Shown: piece by piece, positions 47,323-56,836 of the stretch
Position numbering within the stretch: position 1 is the first letter of the stretch
Layout: every line of letters starts with the position of its first letter
Source of the DNA: an uncultured Acidobacteriota bacterium
Lineage (GTDB): Bacteria > Acidobacteriota > Terriglobia > UBA7540
NCBI GenBank assembly: GCA_963783155.1
Contig: CAWANC010000018.1
Coordinates: forward strand, 237,209 to 301,208
Direction: 5' to 3'
DNA length: 64,000 bases
Notes under the pieces: generated by a model
What the model saw: only the letters and a program-made list of their open reading frames with translations
The model's database searches: none
What the model was told of the DNA's origin: nothing
Made by a program: the position numbers and the translations under genes

Positions 47323-48390
47323 ATGAAAAACGAAAATCTGATGATTGCAAAGGACGACCTCATCCTGATAACAGGGGCAACCGGCTTCATTGGCTCCAAA
47401 GTCGTGGACAGTCTGCTGGGCCGCGGGTTTCGAAACATTCGCTGCTTTGCCAGACTGTCCAGCAAAGAAAGCAGCGTGAAACGGCTCTCGCGTGGCAATC
47501 GGGACGGTGCGCGGGTCGAGGTCGTGAGAGGGAACCTGCTTTCACCCGAGAATTGCGCGGCTGCTGTTCAGGGCGCGGCAGTGATTATCCACCTGGCGGC
47601 AGGGACCGGGACGAAGTCATTCCCTGACGCATTCCTGAATTCTGTGGTCACCACGCGCAACCTGCTGGAAGCAACCCGGCACGAGAAGAGCGTGAAAAGG
47701 TTCGTCAACGTCAGCTCGTTTGCGGTTTATCGCAATCGGGAGAGCACGGCCGGAAACGTTGTGGATGAATCCAGCCCCATAGAAACGGACCCGATGGTCC
47801 GGGGAAATGCCTATTGCTATGCAAAAGTGAGGCAGGACGAAATTGTTGCGGAGTACGGAAAACGGTACGGGATTCCCTACGTGATTGTCAGGCCGGGGTA
47901 CGTTTATGGCGCCGGTCATGAAGCCATCCCGAGCCGCGTGGGAATCGGTACGTTCGGTGTTTTTCTTCATCTTGGCGGGTCAAACAAGATGCCGTTGACC
48001 TACGTTGACAATTGTGCCGACGCGATTGCGCTGGCCGGAGTAAAGAAGCTGGATGCCGAATGTGAGGTGTTTAATGTGATCGACGACGATCTGCCATCAA
48101 GCCGACGCTTTCTGCGGCTGTATAAGAAGAAGGTGGGACGATTCAATTCAATTTATCTCCCTCATTTCGTGACCTACGGCCTCTGCTGCCTGTGGGAATG
48201 GTATTCGAATTGGTCAGAGGGACAACTGGCGCCTGTATTCAATCGCAGTGCATGGCACGCCTATTGGAAGAAAGCGCGATACAGTAACGTCAAGCTGAAG
48301 ACCCAGCTTGGCTGGACGCCCATCGTGCCCACAGCCGAGGCGCTGAATCACTATTTCGAGTCTTGCCGGAGTGAGGAGAAGCATGCTTAA
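47323..48390 (+). CDS. NAD-dependent sugar epimerase/dehydratase (extended SDR)
   Basis: ILITGATGFIGSKVVDSLL (GxxGxxG) and the YCYAK catalytic YxxxK. Confidence 0.85.
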   Translation: MKNENLMIAKDDLILITGATGFIGSKVVDSLLGRGFRNIRCFARLSSKESSVKRLSRGNRDGARVEVVRGNLLSPENCAAAVQGAAVIIHLAAGTGTKSFPDAFLNSVVTTRNLLEATRHEKSVKRFVNVSSFAVYRNRESTAGNVVDESSPIETDPMVRGNAYCYAKVRQDEIVAEYGKRYGIPYVIVRPGYVYGAGHEAIPSRVGIGTFGVFLHLGGSNKMPLTYVDNCADAIALAGVKKLDAECEVFNVIDDDLPSSRRFLRLYKKKVGRFNSIYLPHFVTYGLCCLWEWYSNWSEGQLAPVFNRSAWHAYWKKARYSNVKLKTQLGWTPIVPTAEALNHYFESCRSEEKHA

Positions 48391-49504
48391 AGTGGCCATC
48401 GTAGGATGCGGAAAAGTTGCGGACGAGCACGCAGCGCAGATTCGACGGATCAAGGGAGCCGAAATCGTGGGAGTCTGCGACCGCGAGCCCTTGATGGCGC
48501 GTCAGTTGTACGAGCGGTTTCCCGTTGCCGGGTACTACAGTGACCTTGCTGAGCTCCTGGATAAGGCGAGGCCGGACGTGGTGCACATCACGACTCCCCC
48601 CCAATCCCACTTTGACGTCGCACAGACCTGCCTGGAAGCCGGATGCCACGTCTACGTGGAAAAACCCTTCACGGTGTTTGAGGAGGAGGCCATCGGGCTG
48701 GTCAATCTGGCTGAGAAAAAAGGTCTCAAATTGACCGCCGGCCATGATGATCAATTCCGGAACGTCGCGCGGCGCATGCGGGCGCTTGTACAGAAAGGCT
48801 TTTTGGGTGAGGGCCCGGTCCATATGGAGAGCTACTACTGCTACGAGCTTGGCCGGTCAGGGTACGCCGGGGCTCTTCTTGGCGACAAGCGGCACTGGGT
48901 CCGGAAGCTGCCCGGAAAACTACTGCAGAATGTTATCAGTCACGGAATCGCGAGGATCGCTGAGTTTTTGAAAAGTGACTCGCCCACAGTGATCGCGTAT
49001 GGGTTTGCCAGCCCATACCTCAGGCAGATGGGTGAAGACGAGATTATCGACGAACTCAGGGTCATCATCAGTGAAGAGCAGGGTACCACCGCCTACTTTA
49101 CATTTTCGTCCCAGATGCGGCCTTCCCTTCACCAGTTTCGTCTTTATGGCGATCATAACGGCCTCATCCTGGATCAGGATCAGGAAACCCTTATCAAACT
49201 GAGGGGCGAGAGGTTTAAGAGCTATTTGGAGAAGTTTGTGCCGCCTGTGATGTTTGCGGAACAGTACCTCGGAAATCTGGCGACGAACATGGGCGCTTTT
49301 CTTAAAAGCGACTTCCATATGAAATCGGGGATGAAATACCTGATTGAATCCTTCTACCGGTCGATCACTGAAGGAACGCCCTTGCCGATTCCCTATCGGG
49401 AGATCCTTCTGACGGCGAAGATTATGGACATGATTTTCCCCCAGCTTGATTCCCAGCTATCACAGTCTCATGACCGCCTGGTGCGATCTATTCCGACGAC
49501 CTGA
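48383..49504 (+). CDS. Gfo/Idh/MocA family oxidoreductase
   Basis: MLKVAIVGCGKVADEHAAQI, HVYVEKPF. ATG 48383 follows GAGGAG. Confidence 0.85.
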   Translation: MLKVAIVGCGKVADEHAAQIRRIKGAEIVGVCDREPLMARQLYERFPVAGYYSDLAELLDKARPDVVHITTPPQSHFDVAQTCLEAGCHVYVEKPFTVFEEEAIGLVNLAEKKGLKLTAGHDDQFRNVARRMRALVQKGFLGEGPVHMESYYCYELGRSGYAGALLGDKRHWVRKLPGKLLQNVISHGIARIAEFLKSDSPTVIAYGFASPYLRQMGEDEIIDELRVIISEEQGTTAYFTFSSQMRPSLHQFRLYGDHNGLILDQDQETLIKLRGERFKSYLEKFVPPVMFAEQYLGNLATNMGAFLKSDFHMKSGMKYLIESFYRSITEGTPLPIPYREILLTAKIMDMIFPQLDSQLSQSHDRLVRSIPTT

Positions 49505-49559
49505 GGCCAACAACAACTCAAGTTTGATGGATCAATATCAACACCCCTAAAGAGGTTTC

Positions 49560-50720
49560 ATGCGAATATGCCACGTAGTAGGAGCACGACCCAACTTCAT
49601 GAAGGCCGCGCCGGTGGTCCGGGCGCTGGCGGCCTATCCGGTGGAGCAGATGATTGTCCACACCGGGCAGCACTACGACTTCAACATGTCGGAGGTGTTC
49701 TTCCAGCAGCTGGGAATGCCGGCTCCCGACATCAATCTTCAGGTCGGTTCAGGGAGCCACGCGCAGCAGACCGCCCAGATTATGGAGCGCTTTGAGCCCG
49801 TGCTGCTGGAAACCAAGCCGGACCTGGTGGTGGTCTACGGCGACGTCAACTCCACCGTGGCGGCGGCTCTGGTCTGCTCAAAACTGATGATCCGGATTGC
49901 CCACGTGGAGGCCGGCCTGCGGTCATTCGACCGGACCATGCCGGAAGAGATCAACCGGCTGCTCACCGACCAGGTGTGCGACCTGCTGTTCACGCCTTCA
50001 GAGGACGGCAATCGCAACCTGGCGCGGGAAGGGGTGAGTTCCGAAAAGGTGTTTTTTGTGGGCAACGTGATGATCGACACCCTGGTCCGCATGCTGCCCC
50101 AGGCCGACGACTGCCTGCCGGCGGACCTGCCCAGGAAATATGCCCTGGTGACCCTCCACCGCCCGTCGAATGTGGATGAGCTGGACTGGCTGGCCGTTTT
50201 GATCTCCAGCCTGGAGAAATCCAACCAGGAACTCGGCTTCATTTTTCCCGTGCATCCGCGCACCCGCCAGAAGATGGCAGATATTGGCATCCAGCCCGAC
50301 GGGAAGGGGCGCATCCGCTTTCTGGAGCCGCTGCCCTACCTCGAGTTTCTGGCGCTGCAGAAGCACGCAGCCGTGGTGATTACAGACTCCGGAGGCATCC
50401 AGGAAGAAACGACTTTCCTCGGGGTGCCCTGCCTGACGGTGAGAGAAAATACCGAGCGGCCGGTGACCGTTTCCATGGGAACCAACACCCTGGTGGGAAA
50501 GGACGCCCGGCGGCTGATCAGCGAACTTGGCCACGTTCTGGACCGGCCCGGAAAGCAGGGAGAAATTCCCCCGCTCTGGGACGGCCATGCGGCGGAACGG
50601 ATTGCCGGAGCGATCATGCAGGACGAGCCGAGCGTGGCGGACGTCGAAACGCCTGATTTTGCGGGATTTCAGCAAAAACTCTCCCTGGAGGAGGTGGATC
50701 GGCGAAGCCGGTCCTCATGA
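49560..50720 (+). CDS. wecB: UDP-N-acetylglucosamine 2-epimerase (non-hydrolysing)
   Basis: MRICHVVGARPNFMKAAPV...TGQHYD..MS..FF..L..P.PD..L.VGSGSHA.QTA......E......KPD.VVVYGDVNST.A.AL...K....IAHVEAGLRSFDR.MPEEINR..TD is canonical WecB sequence. Confidence 0.92.
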   Translation: MRICHVVGARPNFMKAAPVVRALAAYPVEQMIVHTGQHYDFNMSEVFFQQLGMPAPDINLQVGSGSHAQQTAQIMERFEPVLLETKPDLVVVYGDVNSTVAAALVCSKLMIRIAHVEAGLRSFDRTMPEEINRLLTDQVCDLLFTPSEDGNRNLAREGVSSEKVFFVGNVMIDTLVRMLPQADDCLPADLPRKYALVTLHRPSNVDELDWLAVLISSLEKSNQELGFIFPVHPRTRQKMADIGIQPDGKGRIRFLEPLPYLEFLALQKHAAVVITDSGGIQEETTFLGVPCLTVRENTERPVTVSMGTNTLVGKDARRLISELGHVLDRPGKQGEIPPLWDGHAAERIAGAIMQDEPSVADVETPDFAGFQQKLSLEEVDRRSRSS

Positions 50721-50872
50721 ACAGGGAAGTGGTTCCTGACCTTTTTCTGTTCCCCTGTCCAGTAGTTGAGGGCGCGCCAGAGTTTGTATACTGGATGTGT
50801 CATCGAAAGGTCTGCGAGGATGCCTCAGACGCAGGCGCACTGGCCATCAAGAGTTTAAGAGGCAGAGGGAAT

Positions 50873-52711
50873 ATGAAACGAAAACTGGCTGTACTACTGC
50901 TTTTTGTCGTCGCGGTTGGGTTTCCAGGGTATCTCAGCGCACAGAGTGCCAGCGGGATTATCGCACCGAGTAGAATGGTTAATTGGAGCAATGCCGGCGT
51001 GCAGGGAGGTATTCAGGATAGGACCTCCATTTGCGCCACCCTGAGCCCAGGAGCCACCTCATCTCAAATCAACAACGCTATCGCGTCCTGTCCCAGCGGA
51101 CAGGTTGTTTCATTGGCCGCGGGAACCTATAACCTGACGGGGGGGCTGGTTTTCAACGAGCATAACAACGTCACGTTGCGCGGCGCTGGAGCTAATTCCA
51201 CTAATCTGGTTTTTACTGGAAACTCCTCGTGCCGTGGCATTACGTCAGCTATCTGCGTTCAGGGTGATTCCAACTGGAGCGGAGGACCTGCGAACAAAGC
51301 CAACTGGACTGCCGGATATTCCAAGGGTACAACTTCCATCACGCTTTCCAGCACCACGAATCTTGCTACCGGAAGCCTTCTGATTCTGGATCAAGCGGAT
51401 GACAGTTCGGACACCGGAGAGGCTTATGTTTGTCAGGTAGCGGGTGTTTGCTCAACCGAAGGGTCAGGCGGAGCAGGAAGATCGGGTAGGGGCCAGGAAC
51501 AGATCGTAGCCGTCACGGGTGTTTCCGGCAGCACCGTCTCATTCACCCCCGGACTGAACATGCCGAACTGGCGGTCGTCGCAAAGTCCTGGCGCGTATTG
51601 GTCAGCAACTTTGGCGCAAGGTGACGGCATCGAAAACCTCTCGATTGACAATTTCAACTCTGGAGCTATGAGTGGAATCGTTTTAATTAACTCGAAAAAC
51701 TGCTGGGTGAAGGGTGTCAGGTCTCTGAACTCGAACCGGAATCATGTGTGGGTGCAATACTCGGCGCATGACGAGATTAGCAGCTCGTATTTCTACGGCA
51801 CCCAAAATGGGGCCTCCCAGAGTTACGGCGTGGAGACGTCGACTGTCTCCGACAGCCTGATCGTGAACAACATCTTCCAGCACATTGTTAGCCCCACCAT
51901 GGAGGGTGGAGCGAACACGGGGAATGTAATCGCCTACAATTATTCCATTGATGATTATTACCCCACCGCTCCAAGTTGGATGATGGCGGCAGGTTGGATG
52001 CACGCGGGCGGCATTGACAACATCCTCTATGAGGGAAATATCGGAGCCGGGATTACGGCTGACGACATCCACGGGACGCACAATTTCGTCACGGCATTCA
52101 GGAACTACTACAACGGCTGGGAAACTGGAAAGACGCAGGAGACGGTCCCCATAATCCTTCAGACGTTCAGCAGGTATTACAACCTTGTCGGCAATGTGCT
52201 AGGGAAATCCGGATACCACACCAACTATGAGGCTGTGGCGCCCAATGGTTCCAATTTCAACACCTCGATATATGGTTTGGGCTATTCAGGCAATGGAAGC
52301 AACGTCTCCAGCGTGCCGGACGATTCGAACGTGGTCAATACGTTGCTGCGCTGGGGCAACTACGATGTGGTCACGGGCGGCGCGCGTTGGAACACGTCGG
52401 AGGTGCCGAGCAGCATCGGGCAGTACTCGAACCCTGTGCCCTCCGGCCAGTCCCTGCCCGCGTCGTTTTACCTTTCCGGGAAGCCTGGCTGGTGGGGAAC
52501 CCCCTGGGGGAACCCTCCGTGGCCCGCCATCGGACCGGATGTGTCAGGCGGAAGCGGGCCGGGTGGGCACTCTTACGCCATCCCTGCCGAGCTTTGTTAC
52601 AACAACACATCCAAGAATGGCAGCGGTGTCCTGAACTTTAGCGCGGACGCCTGCTACTCAAACTCTCCCGCGCCTACGGCGCCCACCGGCCTCGGCGCCG
52701 TGGCTCACTAG
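50873..52711 (+). CDS. Secreted right-handed beta-helix (pectate-lyase-fold) protein; possible polysaccharide hydrolase/lyase
   Basis: Signal MKRKLAVLLLFVVAVGFPGYLSAQS (ATG 50873 after AGAGGGA). CPSGQVVSLAAGTYNLTGGLVFNEHNNVTLRGAGANSTNLVF and repeated N-x-G-rich turns are typical of parallel beta-helix proteins. Confidence 0.6.
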   Translation: MKRKLAVLLLFVVAVGFPGYLSAQSASGIIAPSRMVNWSNAGVQGGIQDRTSICATLSPGATSSQINNAIASCPSGQVVSLAAGTYNLTGGLVFNEHNNVTLRGAGANSTNLVFTGNSSCRGITSAICVQGDSNWSGGPANKANWTAGYSKGTTSITLSSTTNLATGSLLILDQADDSSDTGEAYVCQVAGVCSTEGSGGAGRSGRGQEQIVAVTGVSGSTVSFTPGLNMPNWRSSQSPGAYWSATLAQGDGIENLSIDNFNSGAMSGIVLINSKNCWVKGVRSLNSNRNHVWVQYSAHDEISSSYFYGTQNGASQSYGVETSTVSDSLIVNNIFQHIVSPTMEGGANTGNVIAYNYSIDDYYPTAPSWMMAAGWMHAGGIDNILYEGNIGAGITADDIHGTHNFVTAFRNYYNGWETGKTQETVPIILQTFSRYYNLVGNVLGKSGYHTNYEAVAPNGSNFNTSIYGLGYSGNGSNVSSVPDDSNVVNTLLRWGNYDVVTGGARWNTSEVPSSIGQYSNPVPSGQSLPASFYLSGKPGWWGTPWGNPPWPAIGPDVSGGSGPGGHSYAIPAELCYNNTSKNGSGVLNFSADACYSNSPAPTAPTGLGAVAH

Positions 52712-52802
52712 TCCAGTGTTTACATAGAATTGAAGCAAGGAGCTGCCTGATCGCCCGGTTTCTTCCGGGCGATCAGCCACACCCGCCATCCCACTGTCTC
52801 AA

Positions 52803-53840
52803 ATGATCTACCCCATCAATCCAATTCGTGATCGGCGATGGGAAACCCTTGTCGAGCGGCACCCCCATTCGTCCATTTTCCACCGGCCGGAATGGCTGGA
52901 AGCCCTGTGGCGCACGTATGGTTACGAGCCCCTGGCCTATACCACCTCGGCGCCGCAGGAAGAATTGGCCAACGGCCTGGTGTTCTGCCGCGTCTCCAGC
53001 TGGCTCACTGGAAAAAGGCTGGTTTCGCTGCCTTTTTCCGACCACTGTGACCCTCTGCTGGACGCGGACGGCATGGCTCCGGCCCTGCTGGAAGAATTGC
53101 GCAAAGAGCAGAAGCGGGGGAAATTCAGCCACGTTGAACTTCGGCCGCGCCATTTGTTCCCGGGCCTCGAGACAGGAGGCGAGCCGAGCGATAGTTACTG
53201 CTTCCACGCCATTGACCTGGAGCGCGACGAGAAGGCCATCTATTCCGGTTTTCACAAGGACTGCGTCCAGAGGAAGATCAAGCGGGCCGACAAGGAAAAG
53301 CTGGAATACGCGGAAGGGCGGTCAGCTTCGCTGCTCAGGATGTTCTACAAGATGTTTGTCGAGACGCGACAGCGGCAGGGGGTTCCTCCCCAGCCGTTCC
53401 GCTGGTTCCAGAATCTGGCCGAATGCCTGGGCCCCGCGATGCAGATACGGGTGGCCTTAAAGGACGGCCGCGCGACGGCAGCCATCCTGACCCTTCAGCA
53501 CCAGAAAACCCTGGTTTACAAGTACGGGTGCTCCGACACCGCGTCCACCAACCTGGGTGGAACGCCCTGGCTTTTCTGGAAAACCATTCAGGACGCAAAA
53601 GCGCAAGGCTTGCAGGAACTCGATCTCGGCCGGTCGGGTTGGGACAATGCCGGACTCATCACCTTCAAAGACCGCCTGGGTGGCGAGAGGTCCCCGCTGA
53701 ACTACTGGAAATATCCGCAGCCGGCCTCGCGCAGCAGCCTTCTGGGCACGCTGAAGCGGCCTGCCGGGTGGGTGATGGGGCATTCACCGCAGCCGGTGCT
53801 GATTGCTGCGGGACGCGTTTTGTACCGGCACTTCGGCTGA
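52803..53840 (+). CDS. FemAB-like / GNAT (Acetyltransf_6-type) protein, copy 2
   Basis: DRRWETLVERHPHSSIFHRPEWLEALWRTYGYEP......GLVFCRV.S.LTGKRLVSLPFSDHC.PL...RKIKRADKEKL....FYKMFVETRQRQGVPPQP..WF.NL...L......I.VA..DG...AAIL.L....TLVYKYG.SD......GGTPWLFW..I..AK..G....DLGRS is the classic pattern of EPS-associated FemAB-related proteins. Confidence 0.8.
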   Translation: MIYPINPIRDRRWETLVERHPHSSIFHRPEWLEALWRTYGYEPLAYTTSAPQEELANGLVFCRVSSWLTGKRLVSLPFSDHCDPLLDADGMAPALLEELRKEQKRGKFSHVELRPRHLFPGLETGGEPSDSYCFHAIDLERDEKAIYSGFHKDCVQRKIKRADKEKLEYAEGRSASLLRMFYKMFVETRQRQGVPPQPFRWFQNLAECLGPAMQIRVALKDGRATAAILTLQHQKTLVYKYGCSDTASTNLGGTPWLFWKTIQDAKAQGLQELDLGRSGWDNAGLITFKDRLGGERSPLNYWKYPQPASRSSLLGTLKRPAGWVMGHSPQPVLIAAGRVLYRHFG

Positions 53841-53894
53841 TCGTTTTTGAAGATTCCTTCCCCTGATTTCCTTCAAGAAATTTAACAGAGGTTT

Positions 53895-53909
53895 TGGGCA
53901 CACACTTGC
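53895..53909 (+). promoter_or_regulatory. Weak sigma-54-like element (TGGgcacacacTTGC)
   Basis: GG (53896-53897) and GC (53908-53909) have the canonical spacing and the -12 TTGC is perfect, but the -24 box is TGGGCA rather than TGGCAC. It lies 170 nt upstream of the 54079 gene. Confidence 0.2.
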
Positions 53910-54078
53910 GGACGTCACTGGTGTGTGGACCGGGCAGGGGTCCAGGTTTCAGGGGTCTGCGTTTCAGATCTGAATCCAGCAAGGCGTCGGTTGTGGCGCA
54001 CGGTGCCAATGAACTTCTTTCACATAAGAAGAGGCTGATTGGCTCGAAACTACTGAATCTGAATGATTAGGAGCGACC

Positions 54079-55707
54079 ATGCGGAAGTACATCCGATTCA
54101 TTGATGGCTACAGAAGGTTCCATAAATTGCGCATGGAACCTGAAGAAGCGATCGCGCTAGCTCGCACATCCCTGAGGAAACGAGTTGCAGACCGCGAAGA
54201 GAATTTCCTGAATTTTGTTGAGAAGGGCATTTTTCAGTATCCCGACAGCCCTTACCGGAATTTGCTGGAACCGAGGAAAATCACCTTCAACGATCTCCGC
54301 GAATGGGTAGGGAAAGACGGACTTGAGGCCGCCCTGCGCGTCCTGGAAGCGGAAGGCGTTTATTTCACCGTGGACGAGTTCAAGGGAAGGGTCCCGGTCG
54401 AGCGCAATGGAGTGAGCTTTAAGTGCCATGAAAGGATGTTTGACAATCCCTTCCTGGCGGCGGCTTACGAGGTCCGCAGTGGCGCAACCCGCAGCGCGGG
54501 GACGCGGATCCGCATCGACTTTGATTATCTTCACCAGCGCTCATTTTACGATGCGTTGTTGCTGGATATCCACGGCTGCACGAAGGCGCCGGTGGCGAAC
54601 TGGTTCCCTGTTTTCCCCGGCGCGCCCGGCATCAATGCCAGCCTGCGGTTCGCGCACATCGGCAACGCGGCCAGGCGATGGTTTTCACAGGTGGACGAGA
54701 CCAAGCTCAACATTGGCTGGGAGAGGAAGTGGGGCAAGAAGCTGATCTACCTGCTCAGCCGAATGTACGGATCTCCTCTGGCGCCCGCCGAGTATGTTGA
54801 CCTGCAGCACGCGGAAAAGGTGGCCCAGTGGGCCGCCGAAATGGTGGCCGAGCATTCCGCATGCGTCGTCTACACCTTTGCGACCTCCGCCTTGAGGGTG
54901 TGCATGGCGGCCGAAGAACTCAACCTGAACATTAAAGGCACCCGGTTCCTGGTGACGGGCGAGCCGCTGACCGCGCAGAAAAGGAAGGAAATTGAATCCA
55001 CGGGCTCTTTTGCGGTCCCGATCTACGGAATTTCCGAGGCGGGAGTGGTGGCTACCGGATGCAATCGGTCCTTTGAGGAAAGCGACCATTGCCACATGTA
55101 CAAAGACACCACGGCCATCATCACCCATCCGTGCCGGGTCCCTCATTCCGATACGGTGGTTGATTCCTACCTGTTCACAAAATTTATGTACGAAGCGCCC
55201 AAGCTCCTGCTGAACGTGGACATGGGTGATTACGGAGACATTGGCAAAGGGACGTGCGACTGCGCATTCGCTGAGGTTGGCTTTGATGATTACATGGCCA
55301 ACATTCGGAGCTACGAGAAACTCACCGGCGAAGGCGTGACGTTCGTTAACACGGATTTCGTCTGGATCATTGAAAAGAAACTTCCGGAAACCTTCGGTGG
55401 AAAGAGCACGGACTATCAGTTGGTTGAAGCGGAAGGGCCGACTGGAATCCCGGAACTGCACCTGCGGGTCAGTCCGGCCGTTCAAAACGTCAACGATACT
55501 GAGGTGGTGGGGGCCTTTCTGGGGCTGCTCCAGCATGCCGAAGATCGCCTCTGGGCCCAGGCCGGACCCGACATGTGGACCCAGGCTGGAATGGTTCGCA
55601 TCGTCCGCGACTTTCCAATCCCCACGGGCAGTGGAAAAATTCAACCCTTTCATTTGTTAAAACCTGAGAAAAGTCAATTGACAGAACCAGTTGCTGGCAG
55701 GAGGTAG
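54079..55707 (+). CDS. Adenylate-forming-enzyme-like protein (PaaK / CapK / coenzyme F390 synthetase-like) with divergent P-loop
   Basis: Architecture and motifs: ...DEFKGRVPVER..., the P-loop position VRSGATRSAGTRIRIDFDYL (instead of SSGTTG.P), YGISEAG (the YG.TE motif) and MGDYGDIGKGTCDCAF (the GD....C.CG motif of PaaK-type ligases). Confidence 0.5.
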   Translation: MRKYIRFIDGYRRFHKLRMEPEEAIALARTSLRKRVADREENFLNFVEKGIFQYPDSPYRNLLEPRKITFNDLREWVGKDGLEAALRVLEAEGVYFTVDEFKGRVPVERNGVSFKCHERMFDNPFLAAAYEVRSGATRSAGTRIRIDFDYLHQRSFYDALLLDIHGCTKAPVANWFPVFPGAPGINASLRFAHIGNAARRWFSQVDETKLNIGWERKWGKKLIYLLSRMYGSPLAPAEYVDLQHAEKVAQWAAEMVAEHSACVVYTFATSALRVCMAAEELNLNIKGTRFLVTGEPLTAQKRKEIESTGSFAVPIYGISEAGVVATGCNRSFEESDHCHMYKDTTAIITHPCRVPHSDTVVDSYLFTKFMYEAPKLLLNVDMGDYGDIGKGTCDCAFAEVGFDDYMANIRSYEKLTGEGVTFVNTDFVWIIEKKLPETFGGKSTDYQLVEAEGPTGIPELHLRVSPAVQNVNDTEVVGAFLGLLQHAEDRLWAQAGPDMWTQAGMVRIVRDFPIPTGSGKIQPFHLLKPEKSQLTEPVAGRR

Positions 55708-55709
55708 TC

Positions 55710-56714
55710 ATGGGATTCCCCACACAGAGAATGAGAAGACTTCGTCAGAATAGTGGATTCCGGCGGCTCGTCCGCGAAACCACTCTTGCCGTTGATGATC
55801 TGCTCCAGCCCTTTTTTGTGGTGCCGGGGCACGGAATCAGGGAAGAGATCGGCGCGCTGCCTGGAAACTATCATCTATCCGTCGATTGCCTGATTGAAGA
55901 CGTTAAGAAGGCGCGGGACCTGGGCGTCCCGGCGATCCTCCTTTTTGACGTCCCGGACGCCAACGAGAAAGACCTCCTTGCGTCGGGGGCTTACTCGCCC
56001 CACGGAGTTGTCCAGAAAGCCGTCAGGGCCCTGAAGCAGGAAGTTCCCGGCATCCTGATCGCTACAGACGTGTGCCTCTGCCAGTTCACGCCGCATGGGG
56101 ACTGCGGTGTGCGTGAGAATGGTTACCTGAATAATGACCGTTCTCTGGAGATTCTGGCAAAGACGGCGGTGTCTCATGCGGAGGCAGGCTCTGACATGGT
56201 TGCTCCGGCAGCCATGCTGGATGGCCAGGTCAGGGCATTGCGGCAGGCCCTGGATTCCAACGGCTTCGAGAACCTGCCGATCATGGCCTATTCCGCCAAG
56301 TTTGCCTCCAAACTTTACGACCCGTTCCGTAAAGAAGGGACGCAATCCGCGAAATCACCCGTGGACAAGAGGTCGCATCAGATGCCGATTTTCAATTCCG
56401 ACGAGGCCCTGCGGGAAATCGCTCTGGATATCGAAGAGGGGGCCGACATCGTCATGGTGAAACCGGCGCTCTTTTATCTCGACATCGTTTATCGCGCCAA
56501 GCAGCAGTTTCAAACACCCCTTGCCGTTTACAACGTGAGCGGCGAGTACGCGATGATCGATGCCGCAGCGCGCCTTGGGCGTCTGGATCGGAACCGGATC
56601 ATGTTTGAGGCTCTGGCCTGCATGAAGCGCGCCGGCGCCGATGTGATCATCACTTATGCCGCCATGCAGGCTGCTCAATGCCTGAATGGAAAGCGGCTCT
56701 GCGTCGCTGCTTAG
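55710..56714 (+). CDS. hemB: Porphobilinogen synthase (delta-aminolevulinate dehydratase)
   Basis: RMRRLRQN...R.LVRET.L...DL..P.FV; the active-site region DVCLCQFTPHGDCG (Zn-type Cys cluster); MVAPAAMLDGQV; YSAKFAS..YDPFR; VKPAL.YLDI. Confidence 0.95.
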   Translation: MGFPTQRMRRLRQNSGFRRLVRETTLAVDDLLQPFFVVPGHGIREEIGALPGNYHLSVDCLIEDVKKARDLGVPAILLFDVPDANEKDLLASGAYSPHGVVQKAVRALKQEVPGILIATDVCLCQFTPHGDCGVRENGYLNNDRSLEILAKTAVSHAEAGSDMVAPAAMLDGQVRALRQALDSNGFENLPIMAYSAKFASKLYDPFRKEGTQSAKSPVDKRSHQMPIFNSDEALREIALDIEEGADIVMVKPALFYLDIVYRAKQQFQTPLAVYNVSGEYAMIDAAARLGRLDRNRIMFEALACMKRAGADVIITYAAMQAAQCLNGKRLCVAA

Positions 56715-56836
56715 GCCCTGCCCTTGCCCCGCGGAGGCTCTCTGGTCGCAAAACCAGAGGAACGTCCCGCGGCGGGGAAATTTCCCGGTTGGAAAACCAT
56801 ACTTCGAGGACTAGGAAGCGGGAGGCTTCTTTTGCC

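Noticed and set aside
26935-55707. Expectation of an exosortase/PEP-CTERM system because of the FemAB-like and AsnB-like genes
   Set aside because: No EpsH-like multi-TM protein is present (the Wzy-like and Wzx-like proteins have their own signatures). No PEP-CTERM tail was seen in any ORF. The locus is classified as Wzx/Wzy-type only.
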